Positions 51,089 to 64,000 of a stretch of DNA of 64,000 bases are shown piece by piece. The notes below the pieces were generated by a model that was not told the origin of the DNA, did no database searches, and saw only the letters and a program-made list of their open reading frames with translations. The stretch spans positions 82,028,001 to 82,092,000 of the forward strand of contig NW_024704743.1 in assembly GCF_018977255.1 (NCBI RefSeq), written 5' to 3'. The translations under genes and the position numbers were made by a program. This DNA comes from Callorhinchus milii (lineage: Eukaryota). How positions within the stretch are numbered: position 1 is the first letter of the stretch; every line of letters starts with the position of its first letter.

Positions 51089-51970
51089 CAGAAAACTCTG
51101 TAATGTATCTACAGACCATTTAGAGGTGTCACCACTGTGTGGTCTTCGGCAAGAGCGCCTACAACGTAAATAGTGCTTTCTCCCGGGAATGCTGTGTTGC
51201 ACACGGAGTTATGAGACTTCTGGCCTGATGAGCTCAGCTATGAGCCGAGGTCTCGCTAATCAGTGTGCAGTGGAACACCCAGAGAAAACGCTATTTGCTT
51301 CATGGGTACTTTTGAACAGTGGTGAGAGCTTTAGATAGCTCTTCAGAAGGTGATAGAGGACTTTGCAGTGTGAGTGGACATGGTGGTAGGGCATTTTTAG
51401 TGCAAAAAAATGGGCAATAGTGGTCATAAGGCACCTTCTCGTGAGACTTAAATGAAGCCGAAATTAATGCAGCCTCAGGGGATCTGTAGGCTGTGAATGA
51501 AACCATTGTTATCAGCCTGTCAAATAAATCAAGCTCCATTTTTATTAAAGATGGAAAGAAAAAAACTACAAATGCCGGAAAACAAACCCGAAAATTAACT
51601 GGAAATGCACAGCGGGTCAATCAGCGTCTGAAAGGGAGAAACTGGTTAATATTTCGCATAGGGTCATTCAGCAGAACAATGTGTTCTGACCAACAGTCAC
51701 GCTCTAAATGTCAACCTATTTTTCTCTTTCAGATGCTGATGGACCTGCTGAGGATTTCCCATGTTTTCCACTTTTACTGCATAGTGACACAATGCTTTAT
51801 TGTGTCATAAGCTTTCTTGATTAATGTCGGGACAAAGCGCTATATGTCTCTCTATTGTCAATACTATCGTATACCTAATTAGTGAATTCAAAACACTGTG
51901 GAGGTGGTGACCACTATAAGCAGGCGAGTGTTAATAAGTTCAGCCTACATTCATTCTTTTTACATTTAAG

Positions 51971-52054
51971 CATCAATGAAAATCTAGAGCTTCGTCACAT
52001 CAATGAAAATCTAGAGCTTCGTCACATCAGTGAAAATCTAGAGCTTCGTCACAT
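51971..52054. repeat. 27-bp tandem repeat, 3 copies
   Basis: CATCARTGAAAATCTAGAGCTTCGTCA x3 plus CAT; one substitution in copy 3. Confidence 0.95.
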
Positions 52055-55000
52055 TAAGAGTTGGTGTCATTTCACCATAAGTGGCAGGCTGTGCTTCAAA
52101 CCCCACCCTCCCACCCGTACTTTGAGCTCACAGTCTAAGGTGATGTTCCAGTGCAGTGATGAGTGCTAATGAATGTGATATTATAATATCGCTATGCGCA
52201 ATTTGGCTGCTGAATTCACCCACACAATCACAACACTTTACAGTACATCCTGTGGAGTGCTTTGAGACATCTCAATGTGATATAAAAAGTAAAGAGTATT
52301 ATTATAATATATTATAATATCAATAATAATATATTATTATTACAATCCTTGCATTTGATATATTGCCTTATCACGTCATCGAGACGTCTCAAAGACCTCC
52401 ACAGGATGGTAAAAATCCCATTACACAATTTTAAACAAGAAAGGAGTTTCTCCCAGTGGCCTTGGTTAGCAAACCTTCAGATAAATTGATCAATAAATTC
52501 ATCTCAAGGCTGTTTGTATGCCCAAGCTGTGTACAAATCGGCTGCCACATTTGCAGTCACTCCACTTGACAATAATTCCCTATATAACGTAAAGACTGCA
52601 TATCAAATGTAAGGATTATTATAAGCGCAGACTGGCGGCATTCCCACATGCTTCAGGTCTGTGCTTGGGCATTCATTCAGCAACTGCATTGCGTCCTTGT
52701 GATGTATAAGCCGATTGTGACACAGAACCTAGTGTCAATGCCATTTCATCAATTGATCAATAAACCAATAGGACTACAATTGCACCACCAAGATACAGCC
52801 TTCAGACTGCTGTCCAACAGAAGATTGAGCAGGGAATTGTACTTTCTGAGCTGCACCAGAAACTTTTTTCCATGCAAACAGCCAGATTATAGTATCAATG
52901 CCACTTTCTCTTATTTTTCTTCTCATACTGAGGTGGGGTTCCACTGGCACCAGCCGCACCCAAGTGACCATTCTTCATGTTTGAGCCTAAGGGGTGAGTG
53001 TTGACAACTTACGCAATGGTGCCGGGGTGTTGCCCAGGATCTCCTCCTTAGCTTATACCCACGCACGTACTTTCCAACAGCAGTCACAGCAGTCACAGCA
53101 GCAGGTTCTCCAACAGACACTGGCTATTTTTTCCTCTGCCGAGCCCTGAGTACACTGAGCCCAATTGTAACTCAGCCCAAAGCAATGAACTCAGCACAGA
53201 CTCATATAAATCTTATACTGAAGGAATAACCTTTCCCTCACTCTCTCCCTCATGCCAAAGGGAGGGAGACTCTCAGATATTGGTTTGTAATTTCCTGTGT
53301 GTGTTTTCTTTTATTTAAATCAACTCGTTTCTCCTCTAATTTTTCTTTCCCCCCCCCTGAACCTTTCCTAAAGGCATTTCACTCCGTTTTCCTTCCGATG
53401 AGTTACAGTTGTCTGGATGTGATGCATTCTCTTTCCCAATTGTCCATTATTCATGACTACATCTGGATAGCGAGGGGACTGCGTGGGGGGTGGAGAGGAG
53501 GAAGACATCACAACTTAGTCTGATTTTTATTATTATTATTAATTTTGCGCCTTTCACATCGGCAGACATGCCCTCCAGCAGGGTGTCTGTGGAACAAGAA
53601 TAGAAACTCTGGTTGATTTTCCTCCTCGCTCATTCAGGGCCATTTGTACCTCCTTAACATTTGAGATCAGCATGGGTTTGACTGGGATTTGAGCCTTCTT
53701 CTATGTCATATTGCTCTCTGGCTGGAGACACAGCATGGCCCTGCACTAGAAACAAGCCAAAAATATTGTAGCGTCACTGACAACCTGATAACACTGGTAT
53801 TGGGAAGTAATATATAACATAATAGTCCTTGCATTTGATATAGCATCAAAATGTCTCAAAGAACTTCACATGATTTATTGTAGTGATGTGTGTTTCTAGG
53901 TGAACATGACAGACTACTGACAGAACTGTAGGTCATTTTTTGATCTGTGTCAGAGAGTCCAAACTTATAAACAACAATTATAGTTGTAGTTAATGATCTT
54001 ACAATGACTAGAATCATTAAAAAGGGCAAAGACAAAGTGACAGTGATGAAAACTCAGAATGTGATCGTGAGATGAAATCAAACTATCGATTACAGAAGAG
54101 ATGTTACTACGAATAATAATAATCCTTGTATTTGATATAACACCTTATCACGTCTTCGAGACATCCCAAAACGCTTCACAGAATTTACTTTAAAGTGAAT
54201 TGACTGTATATTTTGTGGGCGAAACAAATAACCGTGTACCTGGCTGATCTCTCAGCCACACTCTCTGGAAGTCAGGTGCAGAATTTATATCATGAGTGCA
54301 ACTACTTGGTTGTGTTCATTCACAAACCAAATTCACCCCGACAGGAAGCTGGCCTACATGTTGAATGCGCATAACATTTATGCATGGTGCACATGGGCAC
54401 TCAATTAAGACTAATTCTAAAAGTTATGCAATACTGTAGTTCCGCTCCTTCTGGACTTCACTGAAGCAGATGGCTTCTCAGTAAGGGGTGAACTGAGGAA
54501 ATTAGATGCGGCACCGGCTTGACAGCGTATCTTAAGGGTCTGCCGAGCCACGTTTTGCTTAGGTCTCACCGTAAGGCAGCAAATAGCAGTGTTTGTTTTC
54601 ACAGCAATTAACTAGATGTAATGCAAGTGATCGTGACAGCCAGAGAGTGTTTTGCGAATCATGTGATTCTGATAATGGAGTCCAGGAAGAACTTAATCGA
54701 TTGTATATTACAGTGACTGTGGGCAAATTACTTGGTAATCCCAGTAGCAAAATAAGATATACATAACTGAAGAAGAAATAAAGTTAATAATAGAAGCTCT
54801 TCATTCAGTGCTTGTTTAGAAAGACACTTAGAGAGGAGGAAAATAAAGGGTGTGGGTAGTGAGCAGACTAGGTTAGACAAGCTGGTTCATGTGGAGAAAA
54901 ACATCAACATAGATTTGATGGTCCAAATTGTCTGTTTCCATGCTGTAATTGTGATTGCTTATTTGTATTTTTCATCCTTTTTTCCGGAAAGCACTGGCTC

Positions 55001-55744
55001 ATGGTAGCAACAGTCTTCATGGGTATTGGTCAATCTCTGCTCCCGCATTCAAACGGCCATTTGTCTGCTGTGTTTGCCTACCAACTACAATAATAATAAT
55101 CCTTGCTTTGAATGTAGTACCTTATCACATCATTGAGACGTCTCAAAGCACTTCACGGTATCAATATCAAATACAAGTATTATTATTATCACAGTTCAGC
55201 CCAATCCAGTCCTCTGTACACATATACCATCCACCAGGAGCCACTGCAAAGCAATCTGGAGTGAAAGCCCCAGCTCGAAGGCACTGAAGCCAATTGTATC
55301 ATCCAACACCCAGATGAGCAGCGCCCAGTGTGAAGCTGAGTCATGCAGATCAGGGATCAAACCTGAGTCAACATGGCCCAACTCCCCATGAGACAATGAC
55401 ATCACTGACTGTGTCATCAGCGGAGTACTTGTAGGCGTGATAATTATCATATAAAATTTTTATGAAACATCCTATTTTCCACCCCTTTCTAAAGGCTGGA
55501 GCTGATCACCACCCCCCTCCAACCCCCTGATTTATGCACAATGGTTTGGTAAAGCTGATTTCAAACAATTTCAGTATTGTCTAGGCTGCTAAGTTGGCCA
55601 AACGTCAACCCTGGAACCAGCTTTGATTATTGCTTCACTGCATACCGACTGACTTAATTTGATATCCCATTTGTGGCTACACTCAAATGCCAATCTCTAA
55701 TACTGGGAACAACAATAGAGTGGAGAGTTCTCCATTCTGCTGAA

Positions 55745-55995
55745 GCTGGGGCCATAGATGATGATGGTGCCTTCAGCCACTACGCCCCGAGGCTCTGGAA
55801 CTCCCTTCCTCATTCCCTTCGCCTTGCCCCCTCTCCTCACTTTCAGATCGCTGCTGAAGACCTTTCTTTTCGACCGCGCCTTTAGTCCCCTTCCTCCCCC
55901 TCCCCCTGGCTCAGCCCCAAGATCTGTTACTGTGAAGGGCTCTGAGACGCCGTCCGGTGTGGAGGGCGCTATATAAATCCAAGTTGTTGTTGTTG
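55745..55995 (+). mobile_element. L2 3' fragment
   Basis: AFSHYAPRLWNSLP plus GACGCCGTCCGGTGT-type end. Confidence 0.85.
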
Positions 55996-57696
55996 GCAAA
56001 ATGAAGAGCGCTTATTCCTCTTATCTCCCCTGTAAGATTTGACTTTCGCCTTGCATCACATTTTCTCCCCTCCAGCTCCAATGGAATAGTGGTGAAGTGT
56101 TGCACTGTTAGAAGTGCTGTCTTTAATATGAAATGTTAAAACCAAGGTCCTCTTTGCTTGTTCAAACAAGTATTAAAATTCCATGACGCTACAGTATTTG
56201 AAAATAAAGAGAAGAGAGTAATCTCCTGGTTATTCTATTTTACGATGGTTTATAGAACGTTGTTATATGCGAAATACACAGTCTCTGCACAAATTGTTTG
56301 TACCTTACAGGCACTACATAAAACATCTTTATAAAACACTATAAAAAAGTTTGTTTTATTATTAGATTTGCAGGGCCTGTCAGCAAACTATTTGATCATT
56401 GGGCCCATCACCAACAAGTCAATCTGCACTTGCATTTTCCAGCAGGTGTTATGCATAGCTGGATTGTGGGACATTGCTGTGCACAAATTAGTTACTACGT
56501 TCACCTGCAAAATATATCTTTACGCTGCAGATAATGTGGTTAGCTATGATGTCCTCATCGCAGCCCCAGTTGAGAGCAGTTAATTCAGCACAGACCAGGA
56601 ACCAATCTTGCAGTTGTCCTAGTCTCCATGCCTTATTTCTGCAGCCCATAGAACATTTGGGTATTTATTTTTAAATGCCCCCACATTATCAATATACCTG
56701 TTACTTAAATTAGAAAGAAAACAATAGCCATTGTAAAACTGTCTATTGACTCAGCTACATGGGTAACGTCTGGCTGATTCCTAACATTGGTATCCAGTGT
56801 TACCGTATAGGGTATTCCAACATTACTGTCTGAAGGAAGCTGATCTCAGATTGTAATCGCGGCTGACATAAAAGTGACGGCTGCAGAAATAAAATTAACA
56901 AATATAAACTGGGAACTGCCGGAAAATTCACATGGTTATAGCCTGATTATAGATATAAATCACAGTGTTAAAAGGCACAAAAATAAACCTCACAGGTTGA
57001 ATGTTATCTGCAAAACTGTTTGTAGAGGCCACCCAATTTGCAGCCAGGTCTACTTAACTGAGCCTCACTGTTCCCTGGAGTTTGAGGTTAGTTTTGACTG
57101 TGTATACAATCATTATTTTTACATCTGTGTTTTACATTAATAGAAAACACAACCCTTGTTTGTAGAAGATAGCATGTGTTTAAACTCATTGAGGAAGGAC
57201 TGATGAAATGTCTCAGGGAATTTGGTAAGAGCATCAGCTTGGGTTGTCTTTATTTAAATCCCCCACCCCTCCCCCAGCTTCAATGCTTGTAAAGAGGAGT
57301 CAGTGTGCTTGTGTAATGTCTCAGAGACTGCCAGAACACTTCAAGTCTGTTTTACGTTCAGTCAATTTATCACCTTTGTGTTTTGTAAACAGCTGCATTG
57401 GCATTTACTTTTACACTTGCATACTGTATTTTTACAGCCATTTTATTTACAACTTAAAATGTCATTAAAATCTTTTCCAAGTGCACCTATCGATAAACTC
57501 AGTGAATGAAGATAGATATTCTGGTGTCCACCAACTGATTCTCTACATTAACATGTACTGATGAAGTGTTAAACTTTACACAGGATCAAACTCTCCATTT
57601 GTACAACTGCTGCTGTAACAACCAGGAGAGGAAAAACACACCAAGTTTGTATAGTCTAGGCTGACATTCAAATACAATGCTGGGGTTCCACTGCAT

Positions 57697-58016
57697 TTGA
57701 TCTGCTCAGCCGGCTCCGGCCTGCTCCACGTACCCCGACCCACCCGCCCCACCATTGGCGGGAGAGCCTTCAGCCACTCTGCCCCCAACCTCTGGAATTC
57801 CATCCCCCAATCACTCCGCCTCCTTAGCTTCCTTCAAGTCCTGCCTCAAGACCCTCATCTTCGACCATGCCATCGGTCACCCCCCTTCCCTCCCCTCTCT
57901 TCTCCCCCCCTGATTCCAGCTCGGATCTGAAATGCTGTACACTATCCAGCGCCTTGGGACGTTCTCGCGACGTGAAAGGCGCTATACAAATGTAATCTTG
58001 CTGTTGTTGTATTGTT
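57697..58016 (+). mobile_element. L2 3' fragment
   Basis: TIGGRAFSHSAPNLWNSIP plus tail. Confidence 0.9.
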
Positions 58017-59274
58017 GCAGTTAGTATATGCTTTGAAGCACTTTCAGATGTCTTCCTGATTTGAGCATCAAACTCAAAGATTATAGATGCTATTCTTCAT
58101 AACTGATAAGGTGGTCTATCCTCTGCTTCAAATGCTGGTTGACCGGCTGTGGATTTTCAGCCTTCCTGATTCACATTTTCAGAATCTGCAGCTTTCATTT
58201 CCAGTCTTTTGGCTCAGTGGGTGTCAGTTTGGATCAGTGGATGTAAACTGGGCTCAGTCGGTGTCAGTTTGCCTTTGTGGGTGACAACATTGCTCTCAAC
58301 ATAGAAGGTCATGGGTTCAGACCCCATGTTGAGACCTGAGCTGAAAGTCTAAGGTGGTGCTCCAGTGTAGACCTGGGAATGGGGTGCTGAGTTGTCAGAG
58401 CTGCTATTCTTCAAATGACATGTTAAACCGAGATCCTGTAAACATTAATATAAAAGATCATTATTTCAAAGAGAAAGCTATTTCTCCTGATGCAGTAGCT
58501 AACAATACCCATGGCTGGTTGTGGGACCTTGGTGCAAACAGCTGCTGCATCTATCTATACAATACAGTTGCCAGTAATTAATATTCTGCTGTGATAAGGC
58601 AGTGGAACAATACAAGTTCTTTTTAGTTTGTCAGTTGTTCCAGGCCTCTGGAATTCTTCCCACAGCATTAACAGGAAGAACCATATGTAGGTGCTGTACA
58701 GTATAAAGGCGGCTAAAAATATAAAGGTAGACTATGTAAAGGCAGCAGTAGATTTCAGAATTCCAATTACACCATGGAAGATGTCATGGAACAAAATGCA
58801 AAGCAGCATTTTGCATTGCAATGAAAATAAGAAGCTTTGGTGCCATGTGAAATATAATCCAATAAGCACCAGCAATCGCAAGTAATGCTCAAGTGGTAGA
58901 ATATAAGAAAATACATGTTCACAATTATGAAAGTCTTTGAAAAGATCAACATAATAGGTTGTTTCCACTTATTCTTAATGTATTTAAGAGGAAACTTAAT
59001 GCATATATGAGGAAGAAACGAATAGAGGGGTATATGAGAGGGGATTAGGTGGAGAGGTGGATTCTCATATGGAGTTCAAAGACTGACACAGACAGGTTGG
59101 GCAAATGGCCTTTTTCCAATGTAATGGTTTATGTACATGGGATCATTGCTGTGCACAAACTGGCTGCTGCATTCACCCACAAATAAAATACAATCACTTC
59201 ACTTTAGTACTGTGAAGAGCTTTGAGATGTCCTCAACGTGAAATGCACTATACCAATGTAAGGTGGTATAGCTC

Positions 59275-59693
59275 CCTTGCTCCCTTGCCTTGCTCCCTCC
59301 TACCTCTCCGACCTACTATCCCCCTACCTACCTGCCCGTACCCTCCGTTCCTCTGGCTCCAGTCTGCTCCACATCCCCCGCCCCAACCGCCCTACCATCG
59401 GTGGCCAGGCCTTCACCCTTTCAGCCCCGAGGCTCTGGAACTCTATCCCCCAGTGCCTTCGCCTTGCTTCCTCCCTTTCCTCCTTCAAGGCCGGTCTCAA
59501 GACCTTTCTCTTTGACCGTGCCTTCAGCTCCCCTCTCGACTCTCTACCCCCTCCTCACTCCCTCCCTTCCCTCCCCTCACCCTGACCATTTCCCCCCTGC
59601 TCGGGTCCTGACCCAACTGTACAGCGCCTTGGGACGTCCTCCCGACGTGAAACGCGCTCAATAAATGGAATCCTGTTGTTGTTGTTGTTGTTG
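59275..59693 (+). mobile_element. L2 3' fragment inserted into an older SINE tail, with 7-bp TSD
   Basis: TGTAAGG at 59257-59263 and 59692-59698. Confidence 0.9.
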
Positions 59694-59828
59694 TAAGGAT
59701 TATTATTATGTAATTCTATGCATGGAATGGAGAGGTCATTCATCCCATTAAACTAATCCTTCCAAAGACAGTACATTTTTATAGACTCTCTGCCTCTCTA
59801 CCCTGACAGTTTATCACATGCCAACTAC

Positions 59829-59829
<1 letters not shown>

Positions 59830-59869
<40 letters not shown>

Positions 59870-60002
59870 TAATAATAATAATAATAATAATCCTTGCATT
59901 TGATATAGCGCTTTTCACATCTTCTAGATGTCTCAAAGCGCTTCACAGAATATGCTGTAAAGTGAATTGACTGTATATTTGTCGGCGAAACGCGGCAGCC
60001 AA
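59830..60002 (-). mobile_element. SINE 3' fragment with expanded (TAA)n tail (59830-59891)
   Basis: About 20 TAA units with one CAA interruption. Confidence 0.9.
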
Positions 60003-61499
60003 TAAGTAACTTAAGTAACTTTCCAACAATAATTTCAAACAACATATGTCCTTCCAGCAGTAACAGGTGAAGATTGTTTTTTTAATGAACAGCATGTGAT
60101 AAAGACAAGAGACTCCCAGTTAATCTGAGAAAAGTTTCTAAAATCTTTATCACTACCCCCACCCCCATCCCTCCCCATCCACCCCTGCCTCCTCCCTTCC
60201 TCCTAAGTTAAGTCAAGCGAACGTCCAGCACCTGACTTTACATCCTGCTCGGCTAACATGAAATTTCCATAGTTTTAAAGTTGCAGAAACCATCATGTTC
60301 TACTTGCACTCACTTATCCTTATCTCTGCTTTATTTTCTAGGTAGATATTCATATAACTCTTTTTTAAAAAAAGAAAAGTGATAATCTGCAACATAGCAC
60401 TGCGCTGCTCAATATATCTGCTGCCTCTGTGGGAAACAACTGAGCCTAGCTTCATTTATCATGCTGTAGCACAGCCATGTTGTCAATACATAAACATAGA
60501 CAGGGGTTCATATTTATTTACGTAGTCGGCTCATTGGGTCATAAAAAGGCATCAGTACCACTGCCCACACATTGCTTTGTGCCCAACCCTTCCCCCATCC
60601 AGCCATTATGTTTTTAGTTGGAACAAACTTATCCAGCTTTATCTGCACAAGGTTTCTTCCTTAAGGGTCAATACCAAACATTAGTAATTTAAAGATATTC
60701 ACTGTGTCCTTTCTGAATCTCAGTAACAGGCCCTCTTCTGTCTACCTGTGATTCTATAAACCAAGAGTTAACCAGAAGTAACTATCTTGGCAGTAATACA
60801 GATAATTTATTTGTATTTGATTTTATTGCTGTCAAATCAACAGCTCAGTACTGTACTGCTCTATGCTGCTTCCTTCCCATTACCCCCCCCCCCCCCCCCC
60901 CCCACCTCCCCTTCATACCTCAGTCTCCTTTGTACAATTTGTTATATGATAGGGCTCTGAGATGCTACCCACATGAAGAGCACTATATAAATGCAAGTTG
61001 TTGTTGTTCTACATAGCAGTTGTCAGATATTTTCCTTTATTCGGGGAAAAAAATTAGGTCATTGAATTTGTTAATCATCAGCTGTGTTAATTATCACATC
61101 ACATTATGATAATTATCACGCAATTTTTCACCCCGCTCCATCCCCCACCCCACCCCTCGCTTTATGATCATATTGTAGGGGTTTTGTGCATTTGACATGA
61201 CTTCCCTTTTTGTTCCCTTCATCTTGTACCATCAGTCAGAGTAGAACTTGGAGGCCAGGTAGTCTGAACTTTTCAAGCACTGTACACCAGTTGGCATCCC
61301 AAGAGAACTGCAGAGGTCAGCTCGCAGTTAGCTCATTTCCTCTTCAGAAAACTTCACTTGTTAACAAGGCAGACTGCGGACTTGTCTCAAGGGCAGTAAT
61401 CAATGGTACCAGGGGTGGTGAGAAACCAGCAGCACTCAGAGCAGCCTTTGTTCCTTCCTGCAGGGCTAAATTCTCCAGAGCCGTTTTCATCTTATGCAA

Positions 61500-61893
61500 A
61501 TAATAATAATCCTTGCATTGTCCAGTGTCTCCAGTGTTGAAACATCTCAAAGCATGTCACCAGTAATTACTGTCAAGTGTAGTGACTGTTTACGGAGGGA
61601 AATACAGCAGTCAATTGTGCATAGCAACGTTCCACAAACAGTCATGAAGTGAATGAATAATTAATCTGAAGATTTGTTATATTGGAAGAAACTCCCCTCT
61701 CTTTTTGATTAGTGCCACGGGATCTTTAACGTCCACCTGAGCGGGCAGACAGGGCATCGGTTAATAACTCATCCGAACTCTGGCACCTCCAACAATGCAG
61801 TGCATCCTAAACACTGCACTGGATCATTAGCAAAGGCTGAACTCACATCCCGACTCAGGGCTTCAGCACACGACCTTCTGACTCAGAAACGAG
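61500..61893 (-). mobile_element. Old Deu-domain SINE, near complete
   Basis: Minus-strand CAGGTGGACGTTAAAGATCCCGTGGCACTA core, tRNA-like head remnant TCTGAGTCAGAAGGTCG. Confidence 0.75.
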
Positions 61894-62854
61894 ATATCAT
61901 TGAGAGAAACTGAAAGCATTTGAAAATATTACCTGTCTTTGTCGATATCAGTTTTGAAACACACATGTTTAAAAATTTTAGGAAATTACATGTTTCAGCT
62001 TACAGAATTAATACCTGTTTAAAATTTACTCACCGTATCCATTTTAGTCTGAATTTGTTCAGTATGAAAAATCATGACACAAATGTAACATATGCTTCTT
62101 TTTTCACTCCTCTATTTTTTATTTTTTATCCCTCTTCTCTTGAAGAGTACTGATGCAGGCTGTAGTATTATTCCATGTCAGATAGCTTCCCTCTGTTATT
62201 TAATCCCAATAGTCTTTCTTCATTTCCCATCTCGGCTGGTAAGCCACCACAGGTATACACAGCCAAGACGAACCCAGTCCTTAGATGACAAGGTCCACAG
62301 GATTAGATCATATAAGGAAGCCTTTCAGTCCATCTGATCTCATCTTTCCAGAATATCCACTCTCCCATCACAACATCAAGCTGTTTATTAAATGAGACCA
62401 GTTTGCTGGCCTCAACCACCCTTCCTGGCAATGTGTTCCAGTTGTTAATTACAATACAATACAAAGTTACATTTAGAAAGCACCTTTCACAACGGGAGAA
62501 CATCCCAAGCACTTAATAGTCCTGGCTGAGCACCCGAGCTGGGTGTGGATGAGGGAGAGGCGGAGGTGGATAGCCAAGGTGGGTAGAGAGGGGAAAGATG
62601 ACAAAAATGGGGTCAACTAGGTTGGCGAGGTGGCACTCCTTCAACCCATTCAAGGTGTGTCTTGAATGAGGTAACAGAGTGAACTAGTCAGAGAGTCTCT
62701 GGGATAGCAATCCAGAGTGGGGGTAGAAAGGCTGAAAGCTCACCCGCCAATGGTGGGGTGGACGGGATGTTCTCCTGACATAAAAGGTGCTATATAAATT
62801 GTATTGCATTGCATGTGTCTTTAAGAGCCTCCTAAAATCCTCCCTCTTCAACTA

Positions 62855-63160
62855 GGAGTCCTGTAGCTCAGTGGTTAGACCACTTGCCTTGCAAGGAAGA
62901 GACATGGGTTCGATTCCCGGCAAGGCAAAACCTTGGGCAATTTCCTTATTCCACACACCTGATAGTAATCCCTCAAGAGAAAAATAATTAATTGGTCACT
63001 ACAATCCATGACTGTTTGTGGGACACTGCTGTGCACAATTGGCTGCCACGTTCCACCCACAAATATACAGTCAATTCACTTTACAGTATATTCTGTGAAG
63101 TGCTTTGAGACGTCTAGAATATGTGAAAAGCACGATATCAAATGCAACAATTATTATTAC
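62855..63160 (+). mobile_element. tRNA-Ala-derived SINE, full length (short variant)
   Basis: A box TAGCTCAGTGG, B box GGTTCGATTCC, body and tail. Confidence 0.9.
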
Positions 63161-64000
63161 TATGACTACAGTCACCTTCTTCCTCCCCCACCACCACCCT
63201 CCCAGTTCAGTGCCTTGTAACCATCTCTTCGAGATGTTACCCTCCATAAAAGGTGCTATATAAATGCTAGTTGTTAAGGTTCTGGTTTGGTTTCTCCTGA
63301 AAAATGACTACTTTTTATGTTTCCAATTTCCCATTGCGCAATAGAGGAGCACAATTACCTTCACTAAAAAGACAGGCGTGTTTGATTTCTCCCTGGCAGT
63401 GCACTTGTGTGGTTTCCTTGGAGCAGTCGCATCGGGGAATTCTGTTCTATTCCATTGCTTGCCAGAGTTCCCACTACTGGATCTTCAAACCTACTGAATC
63501 AGGAACTCCAGTAAACTACACCCCAGAATTACACTGCAGAACAAAATCCAAACAAAACCACTATTGTTTTCTCCTTCACAAAACAAGTTCCACCAGTGCC
63601 CATCCTCCAAATGTTTCATTTCTTATGTTCCAATTATTCTTACAGGCTCAAGAGTGAGGACGAGGCTCTTACTGGGGAAAAAAAATGTGTGGAATCGTCA
63701 CCATTATTCGCTGATGTAAATCTAAATTGATTTTGTTTTAAAGTGGGGAAAGGGTTAAATTGGCTAATGTAACCCCAGGCAATAAGAAAGCACTGTTACT
63801 AATCAACTACCACTTAATTGATCTAAGACATGAAGGGATTGCTTTATCATCTAAAACTGTGCTGATCATATGGACCTCATTATTTATTGTCAAGCGCATT
63901 AACATGTGCCCTCTGTGTGGGAGGTTATTGCATCATTATGCATCGTAGTACAGTATCAAAGGATGTAACTTCTGTGAAAATTGACATAAAATGTAGGATG

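Noticed and set aside
51971..52054. CRISPR-like array
   Set aside because: Head-to-tail repeats with no spacers, in a vertebrate-type context with no cas genes.
60883..60903. C21 homopolymer
   Set aside because: Simple repeat whose length is unreliable in assemblies.
62855..62930. tRNA gene
   Set aside because: It has A and B boxes but no proper acceptor stem or terminator and continues into the SINE body.

Overview
AT-rich, repeat-dense eukaryotic (vertebrate) genomic DNA. The repeat content (L2 and CR1 LINE fragments, a tRNA-Ala-headed SINE with an L2-type 3' tail, older Deu-domain SINEs, AmnSINE2-like SINEs, palindromic MITEs) fits a cartilaginous fish, probably a holocephalan (inference). 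Most ORFs in the track are repeat-derived or chance ORFs. From about 0.5 to 23 kb on the + strand there is a chain of spliceable segments. By eye, their translations match dynein heavy chain motifs in the correct order (linker/DHC_N2 through AAA1), but at very low identity and with stops and frameshifts in the later segments. This is a candidate highly divergent, decaying dynein-heavy-chain paralog; it needs an HMM search to confirm. I found no convincing coding exon in the remaining ~41 kb, which holds repeat-free, homeobox-motif-rich islands (candidate conserved enhancers) and two CTCF-type motifs. Notable small structures: an interleaved SINE/L2/SINE/L2 chimera, a locally templated inverted insertion at the tip of an L2 hairpin, a 70-bp near-perfect inverted repeat, and a pre-miRNA-sized hairpin made of two L2 3' ends. 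Repeat boundaries are approximate.
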